DNA of 64,000 nt from Bacteriovoracia bacterium (GTDB lineage Bacteria > Bdellovibrionota > Bacteriovoracia > Bacteriovoracales > Bacteriovoracaceae). This document shows positions 1 through 8,147 of the stretch, one piece after another. Location: NCBI GenBank assembly GCA_046570105.1, contig JBKHVI010000009.1, positions 1-64,000 on the forward strand, in the 5' to 3' direction. The number at the start of each line of letters is the position of its first letter. Within the stretch, counting starts at the first letter, position 1. A program made the position numbers and the translations under genes. The notes under the pieces are model-generated. The model was not told the origin of the DNA and did not search any database. It worked only from the letters and a program-made list of their open reading frames with translations.

Positions 1-2
1 AT

Positions 3-980
3 CTCAATCTTGGTAATTTTCAGTTTAAGAAAGTGGAAGGTGAGTTTTTTGGCAGTCTTGGCAGAGATACTTACAAAGGTATGAATGCATCCGTTGAAGA
101 TGTTGACCGTGATGGCTTTCAAGATGTTTATGTCTCCAATGTGCACCATGAGTTACAAGCTGAGGGAAGTCTCTTCTGGTTTTTTGGAAAAGATAAGAAT
201 GGCAAACTCACTTTTGAAGACCGCGCCACAAAACTAGGTGCTTTGAATGAAGATCGTTTTGGCTGGGGAGCGAGTTTCGCCGATTTTAATAACGATGGAT
301 GGATGGATCTCGTGCAGGCCAATGGCATGGTAGATGATCGTCCTGATCAAAAATTCGATTCGTGCAAAGATTATTGGTACACCAACGAAAAAATTGCCCG
401 CTCTCCACCAGAGATTCACCGTTACATCCACTATTGGGGTGATATTCGCGGATATTGCATCTATCCTCGTGAGAAACGCAGAGTGTACCTGCATACGGGT
501 CGCATTGATCAGCAGATGTATGTGGATGTTGCAGATTCGGTGGGTCTATCTGAAGGAGAGAACTCGCGCGGTATCGCTGCCGCTGATTTTGATAATGACG
601 GTCTTATGGATATGATTATTTCGAATCAACATGCCGCCCCTGATGTTTTTCGCAACACTTGGGTGGGGAAAGAAAAACCGCAATGGGTGGGACTCGATCT
701 AATTTCTCGCTCTCCCGACTGTAATCGAATGGCCCTAGGAACCACTCTTGCTGTCACATGGCATGATGGTGAAAAGAAGCAGACTCAGTATAAAGAATTG
801 AAGCTCGCCAATGGCTTTAGTGCGCAAAATGAATCACGAGCTCATTTTGGCTTGGGTCAGAAGGTGCAAGGGGCCGTCGAAGTGGAAATCAATTGGTGCC
901 AAAGACATCGTCAGCGCATCACTTTGGAAGAATTAAATCGTTACACAAGGATCACGCTCGATGCCACGGCTCAGCTTTAA
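3..980 (+). CDS. CRTAC1-family FG-GAP/VCBS repeat protein with C-terminal ASPIC/UnbV domain (5'-truncated by window)
   Basis: Repeated DxDxDGxxD motifs (DVDRDGFQDV, DFNNDGWMDL, DFDNDGLMDM); C-terminal GFSAQNESRAHFGLG is typical of ASPIC/UnbV; frame open to window start. Confidence 0.85.
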   Translation, partial: LNLGNFQFKKVEGEFFGSLGRDTYKGMNASVEDVDRDGFQDVYVSNVHHELQAEGSLFWFFGKDKNGKLTFEDRATKLGALNEDRFGWGASFADFNNDGWMDLVQANGMVDDRPDQKFDSCKDYWYTNEKIARSPPEIHRYIHYWGDIRGYCIYPREKRRVYLHTGRIDQQMYVDVADSVGLSEGENSRGIAAADFDNDGLMDMIISNQHAAPDVFRNTWVGKEKPQWVGLDLISRSPDCNRMALGTTLAVTWHDGEKKQTQYKELKLANGFSAQNESRAHFGLGQKVQGAVEVEINWCQRHRQRITLEELNRYTRITLDATAQL

Positions 981-1719
981 TATCGTTCCTGTCAGCACGG
1001 TCACTCGAGCTGAACAAGAGGTGATGTTTCAACTTTTTCAGCAGTACTACGATCTCCCGGATCCAGCTGGATTCTTTCGTGATTTTGCTGCTAAAGACGA
1101 TGTGATTGTTTTACGGGATAGAAAATCGAAAGAGATCAAAGGGTTTTCCACCCAAAAAAAACTCACTCATAAAATTAACGCAAAAGAATATTTAGGTGTC
1201 TTTAGTGGTGACACGATTATCGATCGTGCCTACTGGGGTGACTACACACTTGGCTGGGCCTTCTTTTGGTATCTCACCAAACTTTGTCTTCCTTGGCCTT
1301 GGACGAGAATTTACTGGCATTTAATTTCTAAGGGCTACAAAACTTACTTGTTAATGACTAATAACTTCACAACCTTTTATCCGCGCTTTGATAAGAAGAC
1401 ACCGATGTTTTTCCAATCTCTCTCTGATGATTTTGCCCGTCAGCTTTATCCGAGCACTTATAATAAAGAAAAGGGGCTACTCATCTTTGAAGGACCCCAT
1501 GAACACTTGAAAGGCAACGTCGCTCCCATTACCCCTGATTTGAGATCGCGCTATCCACACATCAATTACTTTGCTGAGCGCAATCCAGCTTGGGAAAAAG
1601 GTGATGAATTGGTCTGTGTGGCGGAATATCACATGGTTCTCCCGTTAATGCTGGTTAAGAAGCTCGTTTCTAAAGCTTTTAAGCGAGTTCTTCTCCCCAA
1701 ACCACGTCCTGCACGCTAA
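961..1719 (+). CDS. Conserved hypothetical protein, probable GNAT-like fold
   Basis: Motifs IKGFST, FSGDTIIDRAYWG, YWxLISKGYKTY; overlaps upstream gene by 20 nt, suggesting an operon. Confidence 0.6.
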   Translation: MPRLSFNIVPVSTVTRAEQEVMFQLFQQYYDLPDPAGFFRDFAAKDDVIVLRDRKSKEIKGFSTQKKLTHKINAKEYLGVFSGDTIIDRAYWGDYTLGWAFFWYLTKLCLPWPWTRIYWHLISKGYKTYLLMTNNFTTFYPRFDKKTPMFFQSLSDDFARQLYPSTYNKEKGLLIFEGPHEHLKGNVAPITPDLRSRYPHINYFAERNPAWEKGDELVCVAEYHMVLPLMLVKKLVSKAFKRVLLPKPRPAR

Positions 1720-1728
1720 ATTGATAAA

Positions 1729-1809
1729 GTCACAAAGGTGAAGTCCGGTGAAGCTCTATTGAGTCATTCCGGCGCTGTCCCGCAACGGTAAAGCCCGATC
1801 CCTCGTGAC
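1729..1809 (+). promoter_or_regulatory. Cobalamin riboswitch (compact form)
   Basis: AAGGTGAAGTCCGGTGAA...TTCCGGCGCTGTCCCGCAACGGTAA-AGCCCGA matches the B12 element core; GTCAC(1729)/GTGAC(1805) closing stem; directly upstream of a TonB-dependent receptor. Confidence 0.85.
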
Positions 1810-1834
1810 ACTAACTTTTCCCGCGGAGGATTCT

Positions 1835-3598
1835 ATGTGGTTTTTGCTATTTCTCTTACTTGATCGGCTTCACGCTCAAGAAAATCTCTCACCGATTGAT
1901 GTTTTTGATTCCAGCGGTCCGCTGCTTGAACGAGTTTCAACTCCAGTGTGGCATAGTTCCGAACAAGCAATGCTGGAGAACACGCAAATTCAGGATGTGC
2001 TAAGCAAAGCGCCAGGCATTGTGTTTACACAAAATGGTGGTCCTGGTGGGCGAGGCGCCTTTTATTTACGAGGAAGCGAGTCGCGACACACGATTGTACT
2101 TACCGATGGATTACGTCTCAACGATCCCTCTAATACAGATCGACATTATGACACGGCTTTCCTTCTTACTCCTTTCTACCAAGATTTACTTTTTCTACGA
2201 GGCCCTTCTCCAACACTCTATGGAGGTGACGCCACTGCGGGGGTGATTGAACTGGTACCCAGGCGTGGGCAAGAGAAACCTGAAACAATTCTTGGTCTCT
2301 CTGGTGGTTCATTTGATACGGGTACCGGATTTATTCTGCAAGATTGGAAAATTAAGCAGCATCAAGGGACTTTTGGCCTGATTCATCAGCAAAGCCGAGG
2401 TATTTCTCGACTCAATCGAAAGCGTCATGGGGCCAGTGAGCCAGATGGAGTGCTCAATACTCAAATTCAGCAAGCCTCTAAGCATCAGTGGAGTAGTGAT
2501 CTTTCAACAGAGCTTTGGTTTCAAGGAATCAAAGGACGTGCTGAGCAAGATGGCGCATCGGTTGATGAAAAAGATGATCGTACTGATAATCAGCAAGGAA
2601 GTTTTTCACAAACTACTCGGGGAAAACATTGGTGGCTTCGCAGTGGCATGATCTCACATACCCGTGAGTTAAAAACGGTTTCGCAAGGAGAGGAAACCTA
2701 CCGAGGGGAGAGTCGCAGTGTACAGGGTGGTATTCAATTCAAATGGGGTCACTTCGAAACTATCGCTGGCATCACTTGGGATGGTGAGTGGCTTTCGACT
2801 GAAACATTTAAACGTCAAAATGATTTAGGCGCCATTTTTATCCAAGAGCGTCTCAATTTTAATAAATGGTTATTTGAAGTAGGTGCGCGGGCCGAAGAGC
2901 ATCAACGTTATGACGATTTCGTCGCCTACGAAGGAACAATCCGTTATCAGCCGAGTGAGATCTGGCAGATTTATGCCAAAGGTGCTCGTGGTTACAAAAC
3001 CCCGTCACTTTATCAACTTTACGCCCCACCACTTTTTGGTTCACCTCTTGGTAATCCAGATTTAGTTCCAGAAAAAAATATTTCACTCGAGGTCGGTGCT
3101 CAGTGGAAGAGTGAGCATCAAATTGATCTCATTGTGTTTCAGCAAAACTTTCAGGATCTTATCACTTATAGCAATGCCGGTTATCAGAATCGTGGCAATT
3201 TACGAGTGCGAGGGGTTGAGTTGAGTGGACTCACTCGTGAGTATAACTGGGGTCAACTTGGTGCGAGCAGCTCATGGCTTGATTTCTCCGAATACTCAAA
3301 AACACCACTGAGAAGACCTCCCTATCTGATGAGTGCTTCATGGATAAAAACTTTCGGTGTGATAACAACAGAGCTCAATCTTCGCGCCATCGGTGGAAGA
3401 AAAGATGTCGATCTGGCCGGTGATAATGCGCGTTTGGTGGCTTATGAAATACTGAACGCTTCAGTTAAGTGGAATCCAAATGAGCATGAGCAGTGGAGTT
3501 TTAACTTAGGAAATATCACAGATAGAGACTACGAAGATGTCTGGGGCTACAGCGTGGCGCCACTTAATTTTCAAATACAGTATTTAAATAGATTCTAA
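1835..3598 (+). CDS. btuB: TonB-dependent receptor, BtuB-like cobalamin transporter
   Basis: Plug motifs (LSKAPGI, LRGSESRHTIVLTDGLRLND, LRGPSPTLYGGDATAGVI), GNPDLVPEK, C-terminal F; B12 riboswitch upstream; ATG 1835 after GGAGGA. Confidence 0.8.
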   Translation: MWFLLFLLLDRLHAQENLSPIDVFDSSGPLLERVSTPVWHSSEQAMLENTQIQDVLSKAPGIVFTQNGGPGGRGAFYLRGSESRHTIVLTDGLRLNDPSNTDRHYDTAFLLTPFYQDLLFLRGPSPTLYGGDATAGVIELVPRRGQEKPETILGLSGGSFDTGTGFILQDWKIKQHQGTFGLIHQQSRGISRLNRKRHGASEPDGVLNTQIQQASKHQWSSDLSTELWFQGIKGRAEQDGASVDEKDDRTDNQQGSFSQTTRGKHWWLRSGMISHTRELKTVSQGEETYRGESRSVQGGIQFKWGHFETIAGITWDGEWLSTETFKRQNDLGAIFIQERLNFNKWLFEVGARAEEHQRYDDFVAYEGTIRYQPSEIWQIYAKGARGYKTPSLYQLYAPPLFGSPLGNPDLVPEKNISLEVGAQWKSEHQIDLIVFQQNFQDLITYSNAGYQNRGNLRVRGVELSGLTREYNWGQLGASSSWLDFSEYSKTPLRRPPYLMSASWIKTFGVITTELNLRAIGGRKDVDLAGDNARLVAYEILNASVKWNPNEHEQWSFNLGNITDRDYEDVWGYSVAPLNFQIQYLNRF

Positions 3599-3627
3599 AA
3601 AAAAAAGGGGTGAGACCAGCTCACCCC
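3597..3627 (-). terminator. Intrinsic terminator of the minus-strand gene 3644-4522
   Basis: GGGGTGAG-N5-CTCACCCC hairpin with a 10-nt A tract on its left (U tract on minus strand). Confidence 0.85.
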
Positions 3628-3643
3628 TAGAGAACTTAACTAA

Positions 3644-4522
3644 TTACCAGCGACGGCCTGGGCGACCATCATCACGGCCCCAGCGATCATCGCGACCACC
3701 GTTGCGGTCAGATAGACCTAGTACCTTGATTGAAGAAGGACGATCACGGCGACCACCGACTTCAGAGCGACCTTGGATTTGGATGTTGCGGATACATTTC
3801 TCGCGACGGCCAAATGTGTCGTTATCAAGACGCAACCAACCTGTTTCAGAACGTTGAGCGAGGTGCCCTGGAGCACGAACGTCGTCCAAAGAACCATCAG
3901 CATACATAACGGTTACGCGGTTGATGTATGTGCCGTCACCAAGTGACTGAAGCATAATGGCATCAACGTTACAAACCGGACGAGCAAATGGTGGATTCGA
4001 GTGACGGCCGCCATCTTCGTCGACAAAGATGTCTGAAAGATAAACAACACGGATACCATCAGCTTGAGTCAAGCGATCGTTACCTGGGAACGGACGTGGG
4101 CCTGGACCCGGAACTGGGCGACGGAAATCAAGATCAAGTGTCGCGATCAATTCGATAGTTGATGATTTCCAGAAAGAGCCGCGGCTAGAAGCTTCAACGA
4201 TAATATTGTCGATACAACGAACATGACCACGAAGATCAAATTCTTGAGTCATTTCACCCTGGCGAAGAGTTTGACCAACATAGAAACGTTGAGCAGCGTT
4301 GCGATCAGCAAAATTAACTGTGATGTTACGGATGTCAGCCTTGTCTTTTTTCATAACAGCTTTGATACCCACAACATTACAAAGATCGCGGAAATCTCTG
4401 AGAGATGGAGCTGATTGAAGATCTGAAACAGTGACTGTTCCAAGGCTTCTTGTTTCTAAGCGAGCGTGAGTGGCAGTTGAAAGCAATGAAGCGACAACAG
4501 CAACTCCTAATAGTTTAATCAT
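3644..4522 (-). CDS. Secreted hypothetical protein with two internal beta-rich repeat domains
   Basis: Signal peptide MIKLLGVAVVASLLSTATHA; AAGGAAGG SD; two similar domains each with C...C-I-x-N-I; R/G/D-rich tail. Confidence 0.7.
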   Translation of the reverse strand: MIKLLGVAVVASLLSTATHARLETRSLGTVTVSDLQSAPSLRDFRDLCNVVGIKAVMKKDKADIRNITVNFADRNAAQRFYVGQTLRQGEMTQEFDLRGHVRCIDNIIVEASSRGSFWKSSTIELIATLDLDFRRPVPGPGPRPFPGNDRLTQADGIRVVYLSDIFVDEDGGRHSNPPFARPVCNVDAIMLQSLGDGTYINRVTVMYADGSLDDVRAPGHLAQRSETGWLRLDNDTFGRREKCIRNIQIQGRSEVGGRRDRPSSIKVLGLSDRNGGRDDRWGRDDGRPGRRW

Positions 4523-4673
4523 AGACCCTTCCTTTGATAGCTTGAACGAGAATGCCGACAAGATAAGGGGGCCCAGGATTTTTATCTAGCAGTGCTTTTT
4601 GGCACCAGGGAAAATCTGCTGACCTATTACAAAAGCATGAATATTTTACCTGAATCTTTAGAGGGCTTAAGGT

Positions 4674-4949
4674 TTAATGGAGTGATTTATCGCTCTTGTC
4701 TTCAAAGCAGCATGAGCCGGGGTGGTCATCGAGTTCTTCGGCCAAGCTTTCCTGAAAGGCATCCAAGGGGGCACCCTCGACACCTAAAGAAGCCGCCAAA
4801 GTTTGATTAACTGTTGGGTGATCGATTTTAACTTGCAGGCCCATGGCCTCAAATTCAGCTGCGGCGACATAGGCCTTGTCAGCTTGTGCGACTGGACACT
4901 CGAAGAGGACTTGCTCAGATTGAACATCAATAACTCTGACTTTAAGCAA
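4674..4949 (-). CDS. Hypothetical protein (91 aa)
   Basis: TTG start after GGAG; natural-looking acidic composition; C-terminal HPGSCC. Confidence 0.6.
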   Translation of the reverse strand: MLKVRVIDVQSEQVLFECPVAQADKAYVAAAEFEAMGLQVKIDHPTVNQTLAASLGVEGAPLDAFQESLAEELDDHPGSCCFEDKSDKSLH

Positions 4950-5022
4950 AATTCACTCCGTAGTTGAAGAGTTCCTAGGCCAATGGTAGTTGTCACTCTA
5001 TACCCTTGTAAAGAGTGACACT

Positions 5023-5370
5023 ATGTTCGTTTTTCTGATTGAGGCCAACCCACTGATATCCGTTTGGTTAAAACACCAAGTGGAGGCCCGTGGTGATAAA
5101 TTTTATCATTTAGCCTCGCTGAAAGATGCGCCTTATTTTATTCAAGATCTGAATCCAGATGTTTTAGTCATTGATGGGCAAACGGCGCAGAAAGATGCTG
5201 GTGAATTTGTGATGGGTCTTAAAGAGTTCCCTCACATTAAAAACATTCCTACCATAGGTTTGGGGCTAGGGCTTCCTGAGTGGGCGGGGCTTTTAAATAT
5301 TAAGGGTCAACTCACAAAACCGCTTAATCCAGAAAAGTTTCATGCAGAAGTGATTGAGCTTTTAAAATAA
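5023..5370 (+). CDS. Single-domain response-regulator receiver-like protein
   Basis: PDVLVIDG and LTKPLNPEKF motifs; atypical N-terminal acidic pocket (LIEAN). Confidence 0.65.
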   Translation: MFVFLIEANPLISVWLKHQVEARGDKFYHLASLKDAPYFIQDLNPDVLVIDGQTAQKDAGEFVMGLKEFPHIKNIPTIGLGLGLPEWAGLLNIKGQLTKPLNPEKFHAEVIELLK

Positions 5371-5431
5371 AACCTTGTCCTTCGCGACTCGACGTCTCAT
5401 TATTTAAGTATCAATTATGCGAGGAGCAACG

Positions 5432-5533
5432 ATGGCTTTTGAGAAAAGAGATAAAGTGATTATTGGGGTAGGATTAGTCGTTACAATTTTATTTTTTTTA
5501 GCGACAGTTTATTTCAGAAGCGGTGCTTTTTAG
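5432..5533 (+). CDS. Small single-pass membrane protein, 33 aa (not in ORF track)
   Basis: GAGGAG SD at 5421-5426; MAFEKRDKVIIGVGLVVTILFFLATVYFRSGAF*; fills the intergenic gap. Confidence 0.65.
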   Translation: MAFEKRDKVIIGVGLVVTILFFLATVYFRSGAF

Positions 5534-5535
5534 TT

Positions 5536-5952
5536 CTAGTGCATCTGCCATGAACGAGTGCGATCACGTTGCGACATAAAAAGTGCGCTCACCTGACGAT
5601 CATGCACCGACAATAAAACATCCACCAATTCTTGATAATGACAATGAATCCACTGCGCCGCCAAATGCGTGGGTGTTTCAAGCACCAACGTGCCATCTGT
5701 TAAAACTACTGGGCGAACATTCTTAAACCATTGGTGATGAACTTCAGGCCCCAATACCTCTAAGAGTTGTTCGGAAACTGTGAGCCACAAATAACTCGCT
5801 TTAACGACTGGACAGGCATTTTTAAGAGCCTCCACCGGACGCGTGCTACCAAAGCCTCGTCCTAGACGGGCCTCGTTACTATAAGTTGTTCGTTTTAATG
5901 GGCGTGATTTTTTCAAGAGCGACAGGTTAAAAGATGCCTGCCACTCTCGCAA
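5536..5952 (-). CDS. Stand-alone DnaA N-terminal (domain I)-like protein
   Basis: W...L...LG.EVHHQWFKNVRPV...GTLVLETPTHLAAQWIHCHYQELV matches the DnaA domain I pattern; no AAA+ domain; start uncertain. Confidence 0.7.
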   Translation of the reverse strand: MREWQASFNLSLLKKSRPLKRTTYSNEARLGRGFGSTRPVEALKNACPVVKASYLWLTVSEQLLEVLGPEVHHQWFKNVRPVVLTDGTLVLETPTHLAAQWIHCHYQELVDVLLSVHDRQVSALFMSQRDRTRSWQMH

Positions 5953-5964
5953 GTAAAACTTAGC

Positions 5965-7305
5965 TTAACTTTCTATATCTATTGTTTGATCCCATTGAGG
6001 AGCATCTGGCGCCAAGATAAAGGGATTCAAACCGAGCTGCGCAAAAATAAAATCCGGAATGCGAATGCGATAAAATATTCCATTCTCATGTGAGCCCATT
6101 TTCACGATGTTGGCATTGGCACGAATTCGTGCGTGAGCGTCACCTGCATCATAGGGGATGAACAAATCGTAATGATCTTGTTGCGAGAGGAAATAATCAA
6201 TGACGTGAGTGCGCAAGTTGCGCATATCTTCGTCATCGTAGCTCGAAACTAAAAATGATTGAGGATACTGACGCATGATGATGCGGGCACGCATAGGGTC
6301 GTTCAACAAATCTTTTTTATTAAATACGATGAGTTGTTTTTTATCTTGAATATTTAATTCCTTAAGGACGTCTTGGGTGACTTCAAGATGTTTTTGAAAG
6401 TTTGGGTCTGAGATATCACAAACAATCAAAAGTAAGTCCGCTTCAATCGCCGACTCAAGAGTCGTTTTGAAACCTTGTACGAGGGTATTCGGTAGGTTTT
6501 GCAGAAAGCCCACCGTATCAATCATAATCATGGGTGGTTTAGAGTCAGGATTGAGCGTTCTAAATGTGGAATCGAGCGTGGCAAAAAGCTTATTTTCCTC
6601 TAGTACGTTAACTCGACAGAGGCGATTCATCAGCGATGATTTTCCGGCGTTGGTGTAACCAACGAGGGCCGCTGTCACAGCTTGATTTTGTCGCTTCTTG
6701 CGTTGAACCTCACGGTTCTTAGAGATTTCAATTAACTGCTTTTTGTAAAAACGAATACGTTCACGAACCATACGACGGTCAAGTTCGATCTGCTGTTCAC
6801 CTTCTCCACCAACGGCGCGTCCACCGCCTCGCTGCTTGGAGAAGTGACCCCACATCGAGGTCAAACGTGGAAGTAGGTATTCAAGGCGAGAGATTTCAAT
6901 TTGGATGCGCGCTTCTTTAGTACGCGCATGCATAGCAAAGATTTCTAGAATTACGCTGTTGCGATCCACCACTTCAAGGCCAGTGGCTTTCTTAATATTA
7001 CGAACCTGGCTAGCGGTCAGCTCAAAGTCAAAAACTAAGACTTCTTCGCCAGCGGCTTTAGCTTCTTCACCAATTTCAGCAATACGACCTTCACCCAGCA
7101 TCATGGATGGATTGATGTTCTTTACGTTTTGAATATATTCGTTACCGGCCTTAAGCCCAAGTGTACGAAGAAGTTCACGTAACTCTCGCATCGATGCTTG
7201 AGTCAACTGCTGAGTAGCATGACTTTCAAAACGATCACAGACGAGTGATACGAGACCAGCTTTCTGGCCTAAAGGGAGTTTGTATTCATCATCATTAAAA
7301 TTCAT
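5965..7305 (-). CDS. hflX: GTPase HflX
   Basis: ILEIFAMHARTKEARIQ, GEGEQQIELDRR, GYTNAGKS, LFATLD, DTVGF, NKKD. Confidence 0.97.
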   Translation of the reverse strand: MNFNDDEYKLPLGQKAGLVSLVCDRFESHATQQLTQASMRELRELLRTLGLKAGNEYIQNVKNINPSMMLGEGRIAEIGEEAKAAGEEVLVFDFELTASQVRNIKKATGLEVVDRNSVILEIFAMHARTKEARIQIEISRLEYLLPRLTSMWGHFSKQRGGGRAVGGEGEQQIELDRRMVRERIRFYKKQLIEISKNREVQRKKRQNQAVTAALVGYTNAGKSSLMNRLCRVNVLEENKLFATLDSTFRTLNPDSKPPMIMIDTVGFLQNLPNTLVQGFKTTLESAIEADLLLIVCDISDPNFQKHLEVTQDVLKELNIQDKKQLIVFNKKDLLNDPMRARIIMRQYPQSFLVSSYDDEDMRNLRTHVIDYFLSQQDHYDLFIPYDAGDAHARIRANANIVKMGSHENGIFYRIRIPDFIFAQLGLNPFILAPDAPQWDQTIDIES

Positions 7306-8147
7306 TTGAGTTCCACTTCAAGGTTATCTAACAAACGCACACTGCCGACTTTTAGCACACCAAGGAAAACAATTTTTCCTTTAGCAGGTATTTTTTCTGA
7401 GAGGGTTCTGGCTTCACGTACATCAAGATACTGCCAGCGAGAATCTTTTTTTATTTGTTCATCCATCCAGACTTTAACTGCATCCACTCCATGATTGAGA
7501 CGAAGCTTAGCTTCATTAAGCGTTCGTGAAATATGCAGCGCCAACTCTTTTTCTTCTTTCGAGAGATATTGATTACGCGAAGAAAGGGCGAGACCATCTT
7601 GATCGCGAATAATCGGCATACCTTTCACACGAATGGGAAGCCCCAGGTCTCGCGCCATGCGCTTGATCACACGGTATTGCTGATAATCTTTGCGACCAAA
7701 ATAAGCGGTTCGCGGTTTAGTTAGTTGGAAAAGTAAGTATACAACGGTGGCCACTCCATTAAAGTGACCGGGGCGACAAGCCCCTTCTAAAAAACCATCA
7801 AGGCTTGGCACGGTGATGACGGTGCTAAAACCAATCGGATAAATTTCTTCCGGTGTCGCTGGAGCGTATATCACCAGTTCGCGTTCGGGATGTTTTTTTA
7901 GTAGCTCCATGGCAAGAGCACAGTCTTGCTCGAGTGTGCGTGGGTAGCGCGCGAAATCATCGTTAGGGCCAAACTGCGTAGGATTCACAAAGATTGAAAG
8001 AATACTGGTTTGATGCTGTTTGAGTGAGGCTTCGAGTAAGCTCATGTGTCCATCATGTAGATTTCCCATGGTAGGAACAAAGCCAATATCGTCATCCTGG
8101 CGCAAGCGCCACTCATGCAACTCTGCACTGGTTCTAAAGAGTTTCAG
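7302..8147 (-). CDS. panC: Pantoate--beta-alanine ligase (probable CTG start at 8147)
   Basis: FVPTMGNLHDGH, FVNPTQF, RPGHFNGV, FGRKDYQQ, DGLALSSRN, RLLDN. Confidence 0.95.
   Translation of the reverse strand: MKLFRTSAELHEWRLRQDDDIGFVPTMGNLHDGHMSLLEASLKQHQTSILSIFVNPTQFGPNDDFARYPRTLEQDCALAMELLKKHPERELVIYAPATPEEIYPIGFSTVITVPSLDGFLEGACRPGHFNGVATVVYLLFQLTKPRTAYFGRKDYQQYRVIKRMARDLGLPIRVKGMPIIRDQDGLALSSRNQYLSKEEKELALHISRTLNEAKLRLNHGVDAVKVWMDEQIKKDSRWQYLDVREARTLSEKIPAKGKIVFLGVLKVGSVRLLDNLEVELK

Noticed and set aside
4600..4620. Sigma54 promoter at TGGCAC 4600
   Set aside because: No TTGC at the required spacing and no + strand gene downstream
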